The position numbers and the translations under genes are program-made. Positions 47,084-56,134 of a stretch of DNA of 64,000 nucleotides are shown one piece after another. Location of the stretch: the NCBI GenBank assembly GCA_963805065.1, contig CAWDSS010000017.1, positions 726 to 64,725 of the forward strand, in the 5' to 3' direction. Within the stretch, counting starts at the first letter, position 1, and each line of letters starts with the position of its first letter. The DNA comes from Candidatus Omnitrophota bacterium (GTDB lineage Bacteria; Omnitrophota; Gorgyraeia; Gygaellales; Profunditerraquicolaceae). Below the pieces are notes generated by a model, which did no database searches, was not told the origin of the DNA, and saw only the letters and a list, made by a program, of their open reading frames with translations.

Positions 47084-48769
47084 TTACTTTTTCTTCTGCT
47101 GCTGATTATTTTGCTTTACCGGTTCTCTCTTGGCAGCCTGATCCCTGCCTAAATTTTGTTCCAATTTGGCTATTTCTTCTGGCGCAAGTTCTCCTTCTTT
47201 TAACACGTGGGCACTTATAAAAATGAGCAAATCCAATTTCGTCTTACTCTCAGTTTCCCTCTCGAAAAATTTTCCTACCCAAGGAAGTTTGTCTAAAATA
47301 GGAATACCTATTGTTTCTTTGCTTCTTTGGTCCGTCAATAAACCACCTAACACTATGGTTTCTCCGTCTTTCATTAAAACCTGAGTCTGGGCTTCCCGTA
47401 CATCGATTATCGGATAATTAATCGTAGAGGTGATTGCGCTGCCCCCTGTTCCTGCGACACTTGTAGCCGGAACGCTTGAAGTCGAGGAAGTAACGCTTGG
47501 ATGTATAATCATATTAATGTAACCTTCTTCGCTTATTTGAGGAACTACATTTAGCCTTATCCCTATCTCCTGATAATAATCCAGGGTTTGCGTCAGACTC
47601 GACCCCGTCTCAGCAGTAGCCGCAGTTAACTGAGAGCTTAAAATAGGCGTATGATACCCAACCAAGATGGAAGCTTCTTGATTATCGATGGTGACGATTC
47701 TGGGAGACGACAATGTATTGGTATGCACATCCTCCTGTAACGCATGCAATACAACTTCAAACTGAGTGCCGGTTAATTTCTTAAACAATAACTCCAGGCC
47801 CGCAGAGTAAGGGTTTGTCCCTGTAACAGCCGTGGTAAGTTCTTGCGGGTTAAAAACACTCGGGGTAGCTTCAGATCCCAGATTTCTTCCGGCAATTGTT
47901 AAACCACTTCCATTCAGGGGTATATCTGTGGGGGCATTCTTATATCCTGCAGCGCCGCTTACACCTGTTCCCCAGTCAAAACCAATATCTTTTAATTTAT
48001 CCACATTAACTTCCATAATCCTGGCCTCAATTAATACCTGTTTCGGTTTTTTATCAATCTGAGGAAGGATTACATTGCGTACCCTATCCAAAGAAGAAGC
48101 GGTATCGGTAATAATCAACGTCTTGGATTTAATAGAAGGCTCGAATTCGGCCTTTTTGGAGACTAAATCACCGGTGGCAGACCTTTCAATGGAAATCGTC
48201 TCATTTTTAGCCGCGAGTTCCGATTCTTTTATCAAGCCTCCTCCTTTTGTCTCGGATTTTCCTATTTGAAATGTCCCGAATTGCCAGCCCTTTTGCCCCC
48301 GCGTGTACAATACGGATATTTTTCCTCGGGTGGATAAAAGCGGAATCAAAATCTTTTCCGCATCCTGGGCATCAAGGTATTTAAGAGTAAAAATTTCTGT
48401 CTGCAGCGGCTCTTCTGCCTGTATCTTGGAAATATTTTCCATTTTTGTCACCAGGATTACATTGCCCTGCCTTTGATATCCAAAGCCATAAGTTTTAAGA
48501 ATTACATCCAAGGCCCTATCCCACGGCACGTCCACAAGCCTTATGCTAACATTTCCAATAACATCCGGCGTTGTTACGATATTTATGCCGGATTTGTAAG
48601 AGATTATCTTTAAGACATTCTGGATGTCGGCGTCCTTAAAATCCAGGGTGACATTTTCAGAAACAGCCAGCTCAGGTTGGGCTACGGCCCCCGTGTTATC
48701 CGGGGCTTGAGCAAATGCAAAAGTGGACAAGAAAACCAGGTACGTAAAATATAAAAACACTTTTTTCAT
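47084..48769 (-). CDS. pilQ: Type IV pilus secretin
   Basis: Signal peptide (LSTFAFAQA) and a C-terminal secretin domain (TLSSPRIVTIDNQEASILVG ... IPILDKLPWVGKFF). Follows pilMNOP. Confidence 0.85.
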   Translation of the reverse strand: MKKVFLYFTYLVFLSTFAFAQAPDNTGAVAQPELAVSENVTLDFKDADIQNVLKIISYKSGINIVTTPDVIGNVSIRLVDVPWDRALDVILKTYGFGYQRQGNVILVTKMENISKIQAEEPLQTEIFTLKYLDAQDAEKILIPLLSTRGKISVLYTRGQKGWQFGTFQIGKSETKGGGLIKESELAAKNETISIERSATGDLVSKKAEFEPSIKSKTLIITDTASSLDRVRNVILPQIDKKPKQVLIEARIMEVNVDKLKDIGFDWGTGVSGAAGYKNAPTDIPLNGSGLTIAGRNLGSEATPSVFNPQELTTAVTGTNPYSAGLELLFKKLTGTQFEVVLHALQEDVHTNTLSSPRIVTIDNQEASILVGYHTPILSSQLTAATAETGSSLTQTLDYYQEIGIRLNVVPQISEEGYINMIIHPSVTSSTSSVPATSVAGTGGSAITSTINYPIIDVREAQTQVLMKDGETIVLGGLLTDQRSKETIGIPILDKLPWVGKFFERETESKTKLDLLIFISAHVLKEGELAPEEIAKLEQNLGRDQAAKREPVKQNNQQQKKK

Positions 48770-48771
48770 GA

Positions 48772-49254
48772 TTAATCCTCCTTCTTAAATTCTACCTCTG
48801 TAAGCTGGCCTTCTTTGGCAAAAATTATTTTGTCCGGCTCTATTTTTAAAACCTCATAGCCGCTTACGGAATCTCCTATTCCTACCACGGTTGCGTTTAC
48901 AATAGCATAGGAACGGCCGTTTTTGTCATAAATTAATCCTTCAATGACTAATTCTCCGCTGGCTTCTTCCTTGTCCAGTTTTACAAGCCTCCCCTCGGAA
49001 TTAACCAAGGAGATAAAGGGGTTACGCTTTCCCTTCGCATCGTAACTAAATTGCTCTTGAGCAGAAAGGTAATGACAAATTCCAAAGCTCAAAATCAAAA
49101 ATAATAAAATAAAGGGGACGTTTCTATTTTTCTGCTGATTAGGAAACATTAAAAATAGAAACGTCCCCTTTTCTTTTAAGGGACTACAAATACCAAATCC
49201 CAAAAATTGACTTTTGACTTTTGACTTTTGACTTTTGACTTTATTTACTAACAT
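48772..49254 (-). CDS. PilP-like pilus assembly protein (start uncertain: 49254 or ATG at 49149)
   Basis: KRNPF motif and a C-terminal beta domain (ELVIEGLIYDKNGRSYAIVNATVVGIGDSVSGYEVLKIEPDKIIF), positioned between pilO and pilQ. The first 35 codons are encoded by repeat elements. Confidence 0.55.
   Translation of the reverse strand: MLVNKVKSQKSKVKSQFLGFGICSPLKEKGTFLFLMFPNQQKNRNVPFILLFLILSFGICHYLSAQEQFSYDAKGKRNPFISLVNSEGRLVKLDKEEASGELVIEGLIYDKNGRSYAIVNATVVGIGDSVSGYEVLKIEPDKIIFAKEGQLTEVEFKKED
49114..49168. repeat. 54/55-nt perfect-stem hairpin, copy 2 (at the pilO-pilP junction)
   Basis: GGGGACGTTTCTATTTTT-19 nt-AAAAATAGAAACGTCCCC. The arms are identical to those at 38390-38443. The loop begins with the same CTGCTGA. 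On the minus strand the loop contains the ATG at 49149-49147. Confidence 0.9.
49209..49243. repeat. Heptamer tandem array GACTTTT x5
   Basis: GACTTTTGACTTTTGACTTTTGACTTTTGACTTTA, read directly. It lies at the pilO stop / annotated pilP start. Confidence 0.9.
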
Positions 49255-49816
49255 ATGTCTTTAATGTCAATTGCTCTGCTTGCTGCATATAATTTGTCTG
49301 CTCAGAATTAATTTTAAAACTTTGCACTTCCATAAAAGTTTGTGCATTTTCCAAATCATTTATGAACTTGCCGAAATGGTGGTAATCAGAGACTAAATCC
49401 AGGATAACAAAAACAGGGGAAAATTTATCCGCCGCAGAAGCTTTTCCCGGACCCGAGGGAGCCTCTTTGGAAGATTTTATCTGTATAATCTGCACACTGT
49501 CTTTTTTGGCTATTTCAGATATGTTCTTTAACAAGGAAACGACTTCCGTATTGCTAAGAACTTTTTTAACTTTCGGTGACGGTTTTTGACTAGTTTCAAC
49601 CTGCTTGCCATTAGTGGCCTTGGATTTATCTAAATCTCGCGATAGCTTATCCAGATCTTTCTTTATCTTCGTTATCTTTTGCCCCAGTGTATTAATATTA
49701 CCCATCTGCCTGCCGATGACAAATGTAAAATCCAAATACACTACTGCCACAAATACAATTATAATCAAAATTATTTTCTTCTTATCCAACTGCAGATTAT
49801 TCAGTAAATTAATCAT
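49241..49816 (-). CDS. PilO-like pilus assembly protein
   Basis: Single N-terminal TM (IILIIIVFVAVVYLDFTF), then a coiled segment, positioned between pilN and pilP. Confidence 0.55.
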   Translation of the reverse strand: MINLLNNLQLDKKKIILIIIVFVAVVYLDFTFVIGRQMGNINTLGQKITKIKKDLDKLSRDLDKSKATNGKQVETSQKPSPKVKKVLSNTEVVSLLKNISEIAKKDSVQIIQIKSSKEAPSGPGKASAADKFSPVFVILDLVSDYHHFGKFINDLENAQTFMEVQSFKINSEQTNYMQQAEQLTLKTYVSK

Positions 49817-50394
49817 TTAGATTTGAGTGTCCCGGTTAAAGTAAAATCTGCTACACTATAGCTTCCAATGCTCTTCTGTGTGACCGCGCCAAGCTCAAGA
49901 TTATTAAATCCGCTATAGAATCCGACGTCACTTTTAAGATTGTCAACAAATTTTGCTATCAATGCCATTTCATCATTCTCCAGCGACACCACCGAACCGT
50001 ATAGAATCAAATCTGTCCCGGAAGCAGAGAGCTGAGTGAACCAAATTCCGGCAGGTAAATCCATACTTAGTCTGTTTAATTTTTCCGACCAGTTTATTCT
50101 CTGTTCAACTAACTTCTGTACTGACTTGGCTGCTTCCGACATCATTACATTTTCCATGCTATAGCTCTCTAGCGCCTTTTTCTGAGGCTCGAACTTCTTC
50201 CATTTTTCATTAAGGGCACGGTATTGATTATTTTTGGCTATAACCGCTATCACCAGGTAAATGTGGATACAAATTAATAGCCCCAGAGCTACGGGTATCA
50301 AATACAGGAGGTTTGAGGGCTTTATATTGATTTCGCTTCTTTTGGACTTACTCTTTACTTTTAATTCCTCTGGTAATAAATTTATTTCAATCAT
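49813..50394 (-). CDS. pilN: PilN (fimbrial assembly) protein
   Basis: MIEINLLPEE start and a single TM. 8-nt overlap with pilM and 4-nt overlap with pilO. Confidence 0.7.
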   Translation of the reverse strand: MIEINLLPEELKVKSKSKRSEINIKPSNLLYLIPVALGLLICIHIYLVIAVIAKNNQYRALNEKWKKFEPQKKALESYSMENVMMSEAAKSVQKLVEQRINWSEKLNRLSMDLPAGIWFTQLSASGTDLILYGSVVSLENDEMALIAKFVDNLKSDVGFYSGFNNLELGAVTQKSIGSYSVADFTLTGTLKSK

Positions 50395-51427
50395 ATTTCC
50401 TCAGGGCCAGCCCCACAGCCACAGCCAATTGGCTGGATAGTAAATTCAATTTTTGTGAATCTAAGTCTTGTGGCAGTTCTATTTTTTTCAGGGGATCCCA
50501 GTTTTCTACTTCTATGCCTAAAAGGTTTCCCAGCATGTCTTTCAAGCCCGCAAACTTACTGCCTCCTCCGTTTAAAAAGATCTTTGAAACAGAAGTCGTG
50601 CTCTGGCTTTCATAATAATCAAAAGACGTCCTTATGTTTCCTGTCAGGTTAGTAAACACTGATTCAACGGTTGCTGAAACGCTCTTAGCCCTTTCTGCAT
50701 CGGGATTAAGTTTAAGTTCTTCTGCAGCATTAAAATCCAGATTAAATACTTCCGAAAGTTTTTGGGTAAAGTTGTTGCCTGCAATGTGAATGTCACGGCT
50801 TAGGCGGGGTATGCCGTTTTCCAGTATATCGAGGTTACTCATTGATGAGCCGATGTTAAGCAACGCCACTGACTTATATTTTGAGTTTTCTTCCTGGGAA
50901 AAATTAAAATTGTAGGCGTTGGCCAAAGCAAGCGAATCGATATCCACCAGAGTAGGCTTTATGCCTGCATCCTCTAATAATTTCAGGCGCTGGCTCAAGA
51001 AATCCTTTTTAACCGCGGCGATTAAAACCAGCATCTTATTATCGGGTAAATCTTCTTTAAGTATGAAGCTGTCCAATAATACTTCGTCAATGGAAAAAGG
51101 AATGTGTTTCTGAGCCTCAAACTTTAATGCCTGTTTCAGCTCATTGGCAGACATCTTGGGGAAATTTACGTGTCGGATTACGGTAGAGGGGCCGCAAACT
51201 GAAATATTGGCATAATCAATTCCATGCGCTTGCCGGATTTTCTTAAGCGCAGACGACAAATCAGGCCCGCAAGCCTCTAAATCAAAACTGCTCAAAGTAG
51301 CGGAATCATTAAGCAATTTTAACTTAATGAATTTTACTGAATTCGTTCCGATATCCAGGCCTATAGAAGCTTTTTCCTGGCCGAATTTTGGTTGAAACTT
51401 AAACTTAAATTTAAACGATGGTTTCAT
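50387..51427 (-). CDS. pilM: Type IV pilus assembly ATPase-fold protein PilM
   Basis: Actin-like fold start GLDIGTNSVKFIKL, internal LLNIGSSMSNL, and C-terminal GGGSKFAGL. Confidence 0.85.
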   Translation of the reverse strand: MKPSFKFKFKFQPKFGQEKASIGLDIGTNSVKFIKLKLLNDSATLSSFDLEACGPDLSSALKKIRQAHGIDYANISVCGPSTVIRHVNFPKMSANELKQALKFEAQKHIPFSIDEVLLDSFILKEDLPDNKMLVLIAAVKKDFLSQRLKLLEDAGIKPTLVDIDSLALANAYNFNFSQEENSKYKSVALLNIGSSMSNLDILENGIPRLSRDIHIAGNNFTQKLSEVFNLDFNAAEELKLNPDAERAKSVSATVESVFTNLTGNIRTSFDYYESQSTTSVSKIFLNGGGSKFAGLKDMLGNLLGIEVENWDPLKKIELPQDLDSQKLNLLSSQLAVAVGLALRKYD

Positions 51428-51436
51428 TTAAAACCT

Positions 51437-51880
51437 CTAGTTGACGATTGGATCATCCGGCCCTGCGGGCTGATTCTGGTTGACCCGCATCTCGCCGCTT
51501 TCGTCAATATAAAAATACCTGCCCTTTAATAAACCGGTATGCAGTGGATTAGCGTTTACAGTAAAGTGATCTGAATTCGGTCTTGCGTATATAAATTCGT
51601 AGCCTTGTTTCTGGCCTGAACCTAAAACATTATCTATATAAGGAGGATTGACATTAGCAAGTGTCTGCAGGCTATCTGGATAAGTCTGCTGGTCCATGTG
51701 GTAAGTCTGACAGGCAGTACTGAGAGCCTTAAGGTTGGCCATTGTTACACCTTCATTAGCAGTCACGCGCGAACGCAAAATATTCGGTATGGAAAGAGAA
51801 ATCAAAACGCTTAAGATAAGCAAAACAATCATAATTTCAACTAAGGTGAACGCTCTCTTCATTTCACTCCTTTTTCTCAC
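51437..51880 (-). CDS. Type IV pilin-like protein (prepilin N-terminal methylation domain, Ala at -1)
   Basis: MKRA/FTLVEIMIVLLILSVLISLSIPN. Glu5 is present, but Ala replaces the usual Gly before the cleavage site. Confidence 0.7.
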   Translation of the reverse strand: MRKRSEMKRAFTLVEIMIVLLILSVLISLSIPNILRSRVTANEGVTMANLKALSTACQTYHMDQQTYPDSLQTLANVNPPYIDNVLGSGQKQGYEFIYARPNSDHFTVNANPLHTGLLKGRYFYIDESGEMRVNQNQPAGPDDPIVN

Positions 51881-52280
51881 AAGTTTCAGAAACCAGGATG
51901 CTTCCCGTAGTAACAGTATAAATCATGTTGCCGGTTAACTTACATTTTGCGGGAGTTGCATAACAGGTATATCCTGAAGCATCCATGCGCGGACAGCTAT
52001 AGTTGTATCCTGCTAAAAAAGACTTTTCGGTATAATCCTTATATAGATACGCAGGTTTAGTCTGTGTTAATACGGAAAGGCTTGTTGGATATATGCCTCG
52101 GTTATCTTTAGCATAATTATCCAATGCCGCTGAAATCAGTTTTAATGTAAATGGGGCTCGGGATTCATTTTGCGCTATATTTATCGTTATCAGGCGTTCA
52201 ATCACGATTCTTAAAAGCAGGGCGCAAACCGCAATAATAATCATTATTGCTACAAAACTTTTCGCTTTTTTACCCCTCAT
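51864..52280 (-). CDS. Degenerate pilin-like protein
   Basis: KAKS/FVAIMIIIAVCALLL N-terminal hydrophobic helix without Gly-1 or Glu5. Located between two pilin genes. Confidence 0.4.
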   Translation of the reverse strand: MRGKKAKSFVAIMIIIAVCALLLRIVIERLITINIAQNESRAPFTLKLISAALDNYAKDNRGIYPTSLSVLTQTKPAYLYKDYTEKSFLAGYNYSCPRMDASGYTCYATPAKCKLTGNMIYTVTTGSILVSETCEKKE

Positions 52281-52350
52281 TTTCCAGAAATAAATTTATT
52301 GTAACTCCTTATTAAATAAATATTATAACACAAAAAAATAATTTTCGCAA

Positions 52351-52402
52351 GCCCCATTAGAAATTATTATTAAACAGAATACCATAAAATTTCTAATGGG
52401 GC
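52351..52402. other. 14-bp inverted repeat hairpin (GCCCCATTAGAAAT / ATTTCTAATGGGGC, 24-nt loop)
   Basis: Read directly. It lies between the pilA terminator and the next pilin-like gene. Confidence 0.6.
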
Positions 52403-52438
52403 AAGCTAATTATTATTCTTGTTAAGTTATGCGTTCAT

Positions 52439-52474
52439 TAAAAAACCCCGCATCTTTATAAAAGATGCGGGGGG
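52439..52474 (-). terminator. Rho-independent terminator after the major pilin gene
   Basis: The minus-strand RNA reads CCCCGCAUCUUU-UAU-AAAGAUGCGGGG followed by UUUUUU. It starts about 25 nt after the pilin stop at 52500. Confidence 0.8.
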
Positions 52475-52499
52475 CAAAACATCAAACAGAATCAAACAA

Positions 52500-52967
52500 C
52501 TATGGTTGAGTAGCAGCGTAACCTTGACATGTATTGTGATCTGTAGCTCCAGTAATAGCAGCATCAGTCCTTACCACTCCGTCTTCGGTTATGCAAAACT
52601 TGCGCACGCCACTTACATCCTGGTTAGTAGGCACAGCATTGCAAACAAACGCATCTGATCCCGCAACAACCTGAGGTACAGTAAAGTTATACCCATTTTT
52701 TACTCCAAGTGCCAAAACACCATCAATATAAGGAGGACCGTTTGTTGGAGAACCCAAACTATTGTTTCCCGTAAGTTGTGCATAATTAGGATTGGCACTA
52801 CGCCATGTGACCTCAGCAGTAGCCACTGTCTTTAAAGCTGCCTGCGCTGCAGATTCATTGGCTTGCAGACGTGCTCTAAGCAGGTTAGGTATGGCTATAG
52901 CAGCGAGTAACGCGATGATTGCCACAACTATCATGATTTCTACGAGCGTAAAACCTCTTTTTCTCAT
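52500..52967 (-). CDS. pilA: Major type IV pilin (start moved to internal ATG with strong RBS)
   Basis: MRKRG/FTLVEIMIVVAIIALLAAIAIPNLLRARLQANESAA is a canonical class III leader with Glu5. GGAGG lies 8 nt upstream of the ATG at 52967. The track start at 53048 adds 27 non-pilin residues. Confidence 0.8.
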   Translation of the reverse strand: MRKRGFTLVEIMIVVAIIALLAAIAIPNLLRARLQANESAAQAALKTVATAEVTWRSANPNYAQLTGNNSLGSPTNGPPYIDGVLALGVKNGYNFTVPQVVAGSDAFVCNAVPTNQDVSGVRKFCITEDGVVRTDAAITGATDHNTCQGYAATQP

Positions 52968-53354
52968 CTTAAAAGCCTCCTCTCTAAGGTAAAATTGACT
53001 GTTTTCGCTCATTTTAAGATTGCCTCTTATATAAATGAATAAGAGCAATAATTGCGGTTGAGTTAAGAGGTTCTCCTAAGCGCCAGTCTCCCTTATGGCG
53101 AAACTTTAATCTTTATATCACCTCCTTTGCCTTTTGTCAAGTGAAATTAACACAACAAGTTACATTATTTCTGCCTATCCCAAATAAATAAGCCTATTCT
53201 CGCGTATTTGAAGAATAGGCTTAATTACTAAGCTAAGTTTTGAATAATTAAAGCATTATAAATAAAAAATATGAAAACTGTTTATTTCCCCTATTGCTTC
53301 AAATAGGCCAATATAAGTATAACATTTATTTTAACAAAAATCAACCTAAGCGAA

Positions 53355-53780
53355 TTAATAAAGCACTATACCCTTGGCGCGCATTTCGTTTAATTCTTGG
53401 GGTGTGGGTGGTTTATTAATTTGCGTAGTGGTGCCGGGCTCAGTTTCAGAGGAAGCTGTTGCGCCGCTTCCGGAGCTCGAGCTTACGTTTTCCTGTGGCT
53501 GATAATTTTCTACTATCGTCTGTTTTCTATTTTCCCCGCTAGCCAAGGTAGACGCAGACTTATTTTCTTTATGAGGCGTTCCGATTATGGTAACTGCCCT
53601 GCGAGGCGGTATCATTTGCGCTACCGGCGGTTGTTGCGCCTCATTAGTTATTTGTGTATTTTCTATTGCAGTATTTTGCGGCAAAGTAGTTGTTTCAGGA
53701 TTCTGCCGAGTAAAGAAAAGGCTAATGATTATCAGAGCAATCAGCAATATAGTTAAACCAACTATCAGTTTAGTGTTCAT
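53355..53780 (-). CDS. Hypothetical membrane-anchored, low-complexity protein
   Basis: N-terminal TM (LIVGLTILLIALIIISLFF), then a Q/T/S/P-rich tail. Directly downstream of the PilX-like gene. Confidence 0.4.
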   Translation of the reverse strand: MNTKLIVGLTILLIALIIISLFFTRQNPETTTLPQNTAIENTQITNEAQQPPVAQMIPPRRAVTIIGTPHKENKSASTLASGENRKQTIVENYQPQENVSSSSGSGATASSETEPGTTTQINKPPTPQELNEMRAKGIVLY

Positions 53781-53783
53781 ATA

Positions 53784-55145
53784 TTAGTCCTCCTCCCATG
53801 ATAGCGTAATATAATCTCCCGTAGTAGGATAAAAAGGCGGCGGATTATTGAGCAACCGTGAATCATATGAGTAGTTTTTGGTATATCCGCTTAATTTCGT
53901 TGAACCGCTAAAAGTGCCTACAGGCCCTCGCTGATCCTGGATAATACCTCCGTAGACGGTAAGCGTACCCTTGGCAGGTCCTTGCGACCAATTGTTTACC
54001 ATAAAAGAGGTATTTAAAGCCATAACAGAGGCATCGATTTCCAGATTATTAGGGGCATTACTTGCGATTACCACATTCTGCTCTGAAATAAGGCCTAAGG
54101 TATCAGTTGAAGTAGGATTAACTCGCGGGTCATTATTATAAAGTATGCTATTAGGAATATTCACATTTCCAGCAGCGCCTACTGTCAGCCGGCCGCTTAG
54201 TGTTCCGGAAATAGTCAGAGTATCATTACCTCCACTATCATTACTTACAAAAAGCGCGCCATTTGCCGGTAGCGGTTGGTTTGACATGGTACAATTACTA
54301 GAACAATTTTTAATACACCCGGTTGTACAGTTAGCCTTATAGTAATTGGTATTAGTAACATTCATCGTGGTTGAATTAAGCGCAATAGTTGTATTGCCTG
54401 TAAGCCAAAGGCCTCCGCTGGAGTAAGCAGCGCTCCTTAAGTTTAAGGCCTGTGTGGGCATATTAGTTTGATTCACGCCAAACGTCATGCCTGCTTGAAA
54501 GTTCGGAATATCATAAGGGGGATTACTGGTTGTGCTTAAAGGTTTATTATTGCCATTATTATAATATTCGATATAAGTATCTACGGATTCTACCTGCGCG
54601 GCAAAGGTTGGATTTCCGTATATATTAAAATGGTCGTTTGTATGCGTTGGCCCGTTAAGGTAATCCTGGCTCCAAAACCACACAGGAGTTCCACCATAAC
54701 TTTCACCATCTGTAAACCAAATATAGCGGGCATAATTATCAGTTTCAATATAATTCTTTAACACCCGATTTATATTATTAACTGTCCCGGTGGAAGCTAC
54801 GCTATATCTTGTTACACCAGGATTTCCCCCGGGGTTGCCTAGGTTAGTGATAGTGACGCTAAAAGTACCTGTATAATTACCTACTACTAAGTTACTAGTT
54901 ATAGGAGGGATGACTCCGGTGGGAGGTGTAGGCTGGGCTCTAAGCCAAACAAGTGCCTGGTCAAGGCCGGCCTCAGCCAGGTTAAACGCCTGGATGTTTT
55001 TCTGAAAAGTGATAACTGACCTATTTTGGAAAATTCCCCTGTTCAAAAATGCTGCTGTAAAAATAATCATTACTACCAACACTAGATACGCGACAATCAG
55101 CACTATGCCTTTTTTACTCTTAATTTTTATAATTGGATTGACCAT
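53784..55145 (-). CDS. Large PilX-like pilus-associated protein
   Basis: N-terminal anchor KKGIVLIVAYLVLVVMIIFTAAF followed by AFNLAEAGLDQALVWL (PilX_N-like). The C-terminal N/T/G-rich region carries the Cys cluster NCTTGCIKNCSSNC. Confidence 0.5.
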   Translation of the reverse strand: MVNPIIKIKSKKGIVLIVAYLVLVVMIIFTAAFLNRGIFQNRSVITFQKNIQAFNLAEAGLDQALVWLRAQPTPPTGVIPPITSNLVVGNYTGTFSVTITNLGNPGGNPGVTRYSVASTGTVNNINRVLKNYIETDNYARYIWFTDGESYGGTPVWFWSQDYLNGPTHTNDHFNIYGNPTFAAQVESVDTYIEYYNNGNNKPLSTTSNPPYDIPNFQAGMTFGVNQTNMPTQALNLRSAAYSSGGLWLTGNTTIALNSTTMNVTNTNYYKANCTTGCIKNCSSNCTMSNQPLPANGALFVSNDSGGNDTLTISGTLSGRLTVGAAGNVNIPNSILYNNDPRVNPTSTDTLGLISEQNVVIASNAPNNLEIDASVMALNTSFMVNNWSQGPAKGTLTVYGGIIQDQRGPVGTFSGSTKLSGYTKNYSYDSRLLNNPPPFYPTTGDYITLSWEED

Positions 55146-55146
55146 A

Positions 55147-55665
55147 TTAGTTCCTTATTTTTATTTCAGCCTGCTCGTTATCTGTTATCTGTTGACTGGT
55201 CGTAGGCTTCTTTTGCGCCGTAATATTTACTTGTATAATCCTGCTTGCCTGCCTTAAAAACTGTAAGGACGTAATATCGTTAGCAATTGTCCAGTTTGTT
55301 ACTCCAAAGCTGCGTATAACTTGGTGCGTAGCATTATTAAGCGAATATTTAAAAGGTCCGGTCCATTGTATGTTACCGTTTGGTGCCACAACGCTGCCGC
55401 TGGAATTATCCGGCAACCAAAATGTCACGGAATTACTTGACGCGCCAACAGCCAGATTTATGCTGTTAACTCCAGAGGCCGGGCCTTCACTTAGGTCTTT
55501 ATCCATGGTCATAATCGCTCGTATTACCTGGTCGCGTAGCTCAATCGTAGCATCGCCGGTAAACCAGGAGCGATTCTCGATAGAAAAAGTCATGAACAGC
55601 GCTGCCATGATAATGCTCATGATTAAAGTAGTAACAAGTACCTCTATTAATGTAAAGCCTCTCAT
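55147..55665 (-). CDS. Minor pilin (PilW-like), prepilin N-terminal domain
   Basis: MRG/FTLIEVLVTTLIMSIIMAALF. Confidence 0.7.
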   Translation of the reverse strand: MRGFTLIEVLVTTLIMSIIMAALFMTFSIENRSWFTGDATIELRDQVIRAIMTMDKDLSEGPASGVNSINLAVGASSNSVTFWLPDNSSGSVVAPNGNIQWTGPFKYSLNNATHQVIRSFGVTNWTIANDITSLQFLRQASRIIQVNITAQKKPTTSQQITDNEQAEIKIRN

Positions 55666-55672
55666 ATTTAAT

Positions 55673-56089
55673 TTAACGGTCAGCTATCAATGTAACAAGT
55701 TGAGTGGGTGAATTGGTACAGTTGCCGTTTGCATCTTCCACTCCGAAAATCCTATTATTTTGTTTCCAACAAACGCTTATTGTAACCTGGTAGAGCACCG
55801 GATTCGTAACATTAACAGAAACTACTACGCTATTTGCTATATTTAGAGCAGTTAGATTGGGCACTTTGGGAGGATACATGAATCCGGGGATCTGCGGAAA
55901 GGGAGTGTTACGTATCTGTTCCATTAATCCCTGGGCATAATTGGTGGCAATATTTACAATTTTTGAGGTGTTAAGAAAACCCGTGCAACCCACATATGCT
56001 GCCATTATTCCACAGAGCGCAATGGCGACTACCACGGTTGCCAGCAACGCTTCTGCCAAAGTGAAACCCTTTTGAGATGTTTTACGCAT
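55673..56089 (-). CDS. Minor pilin (PilV-like), prepilin N-terminal domain
   Basis: SQKG/FTLAEALLATVVVAIALCGI. Confidence 0.7.
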   Translation of the reverse strand: MRKTSQKGFTLAEALLATVVVAIALCGIMAAYVGCTGFLNTSKIVNIATNYAQGLMEQIRNTPFPQIPGFMYPPKVPNLTALNIANSVVVSVNVTNPVLYQVTISVCWKQNNRIFGVEDANGNCTNSPTQLVTLIADR

Positions 56090-56134
56090 TTTAGCTCGCT
56101 TTCCTAACCCGCTTAATATTTTCTAAACTACATT

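Noticed and set aside
27330-49243. CRISPR array interpretation of the repeated hairpins and heptamer arrays.
   Set aside because: The copies are kilobases apart or directly tandem without spacers, so there is no regular repeat-spacer architecture. No cas genes are in the window.
52968-53048. Track start at 53048 for the major pilin ORF.
   Set aside because: The extension (MLLFIYIRGNLKMSENSQFYLREEAFK) would bury the class III signal. The ATG at 52967 has GGAGG 8 nt upstream and yields a normal short leader, MRKRG/FTLVE.
53296-53320. Sigma54-type promoter (TTGGCCTATTTGAAGCA on the minus strand) upstream of pilA.
   Set aside because: GG-N10-GC spacing is present, but the -12 element reads AAGC instead of TTGC, and the site is more than 300 nt from the start codon. 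That is too weak to call without an rpoN gene or an enhancer-binding-protein context.
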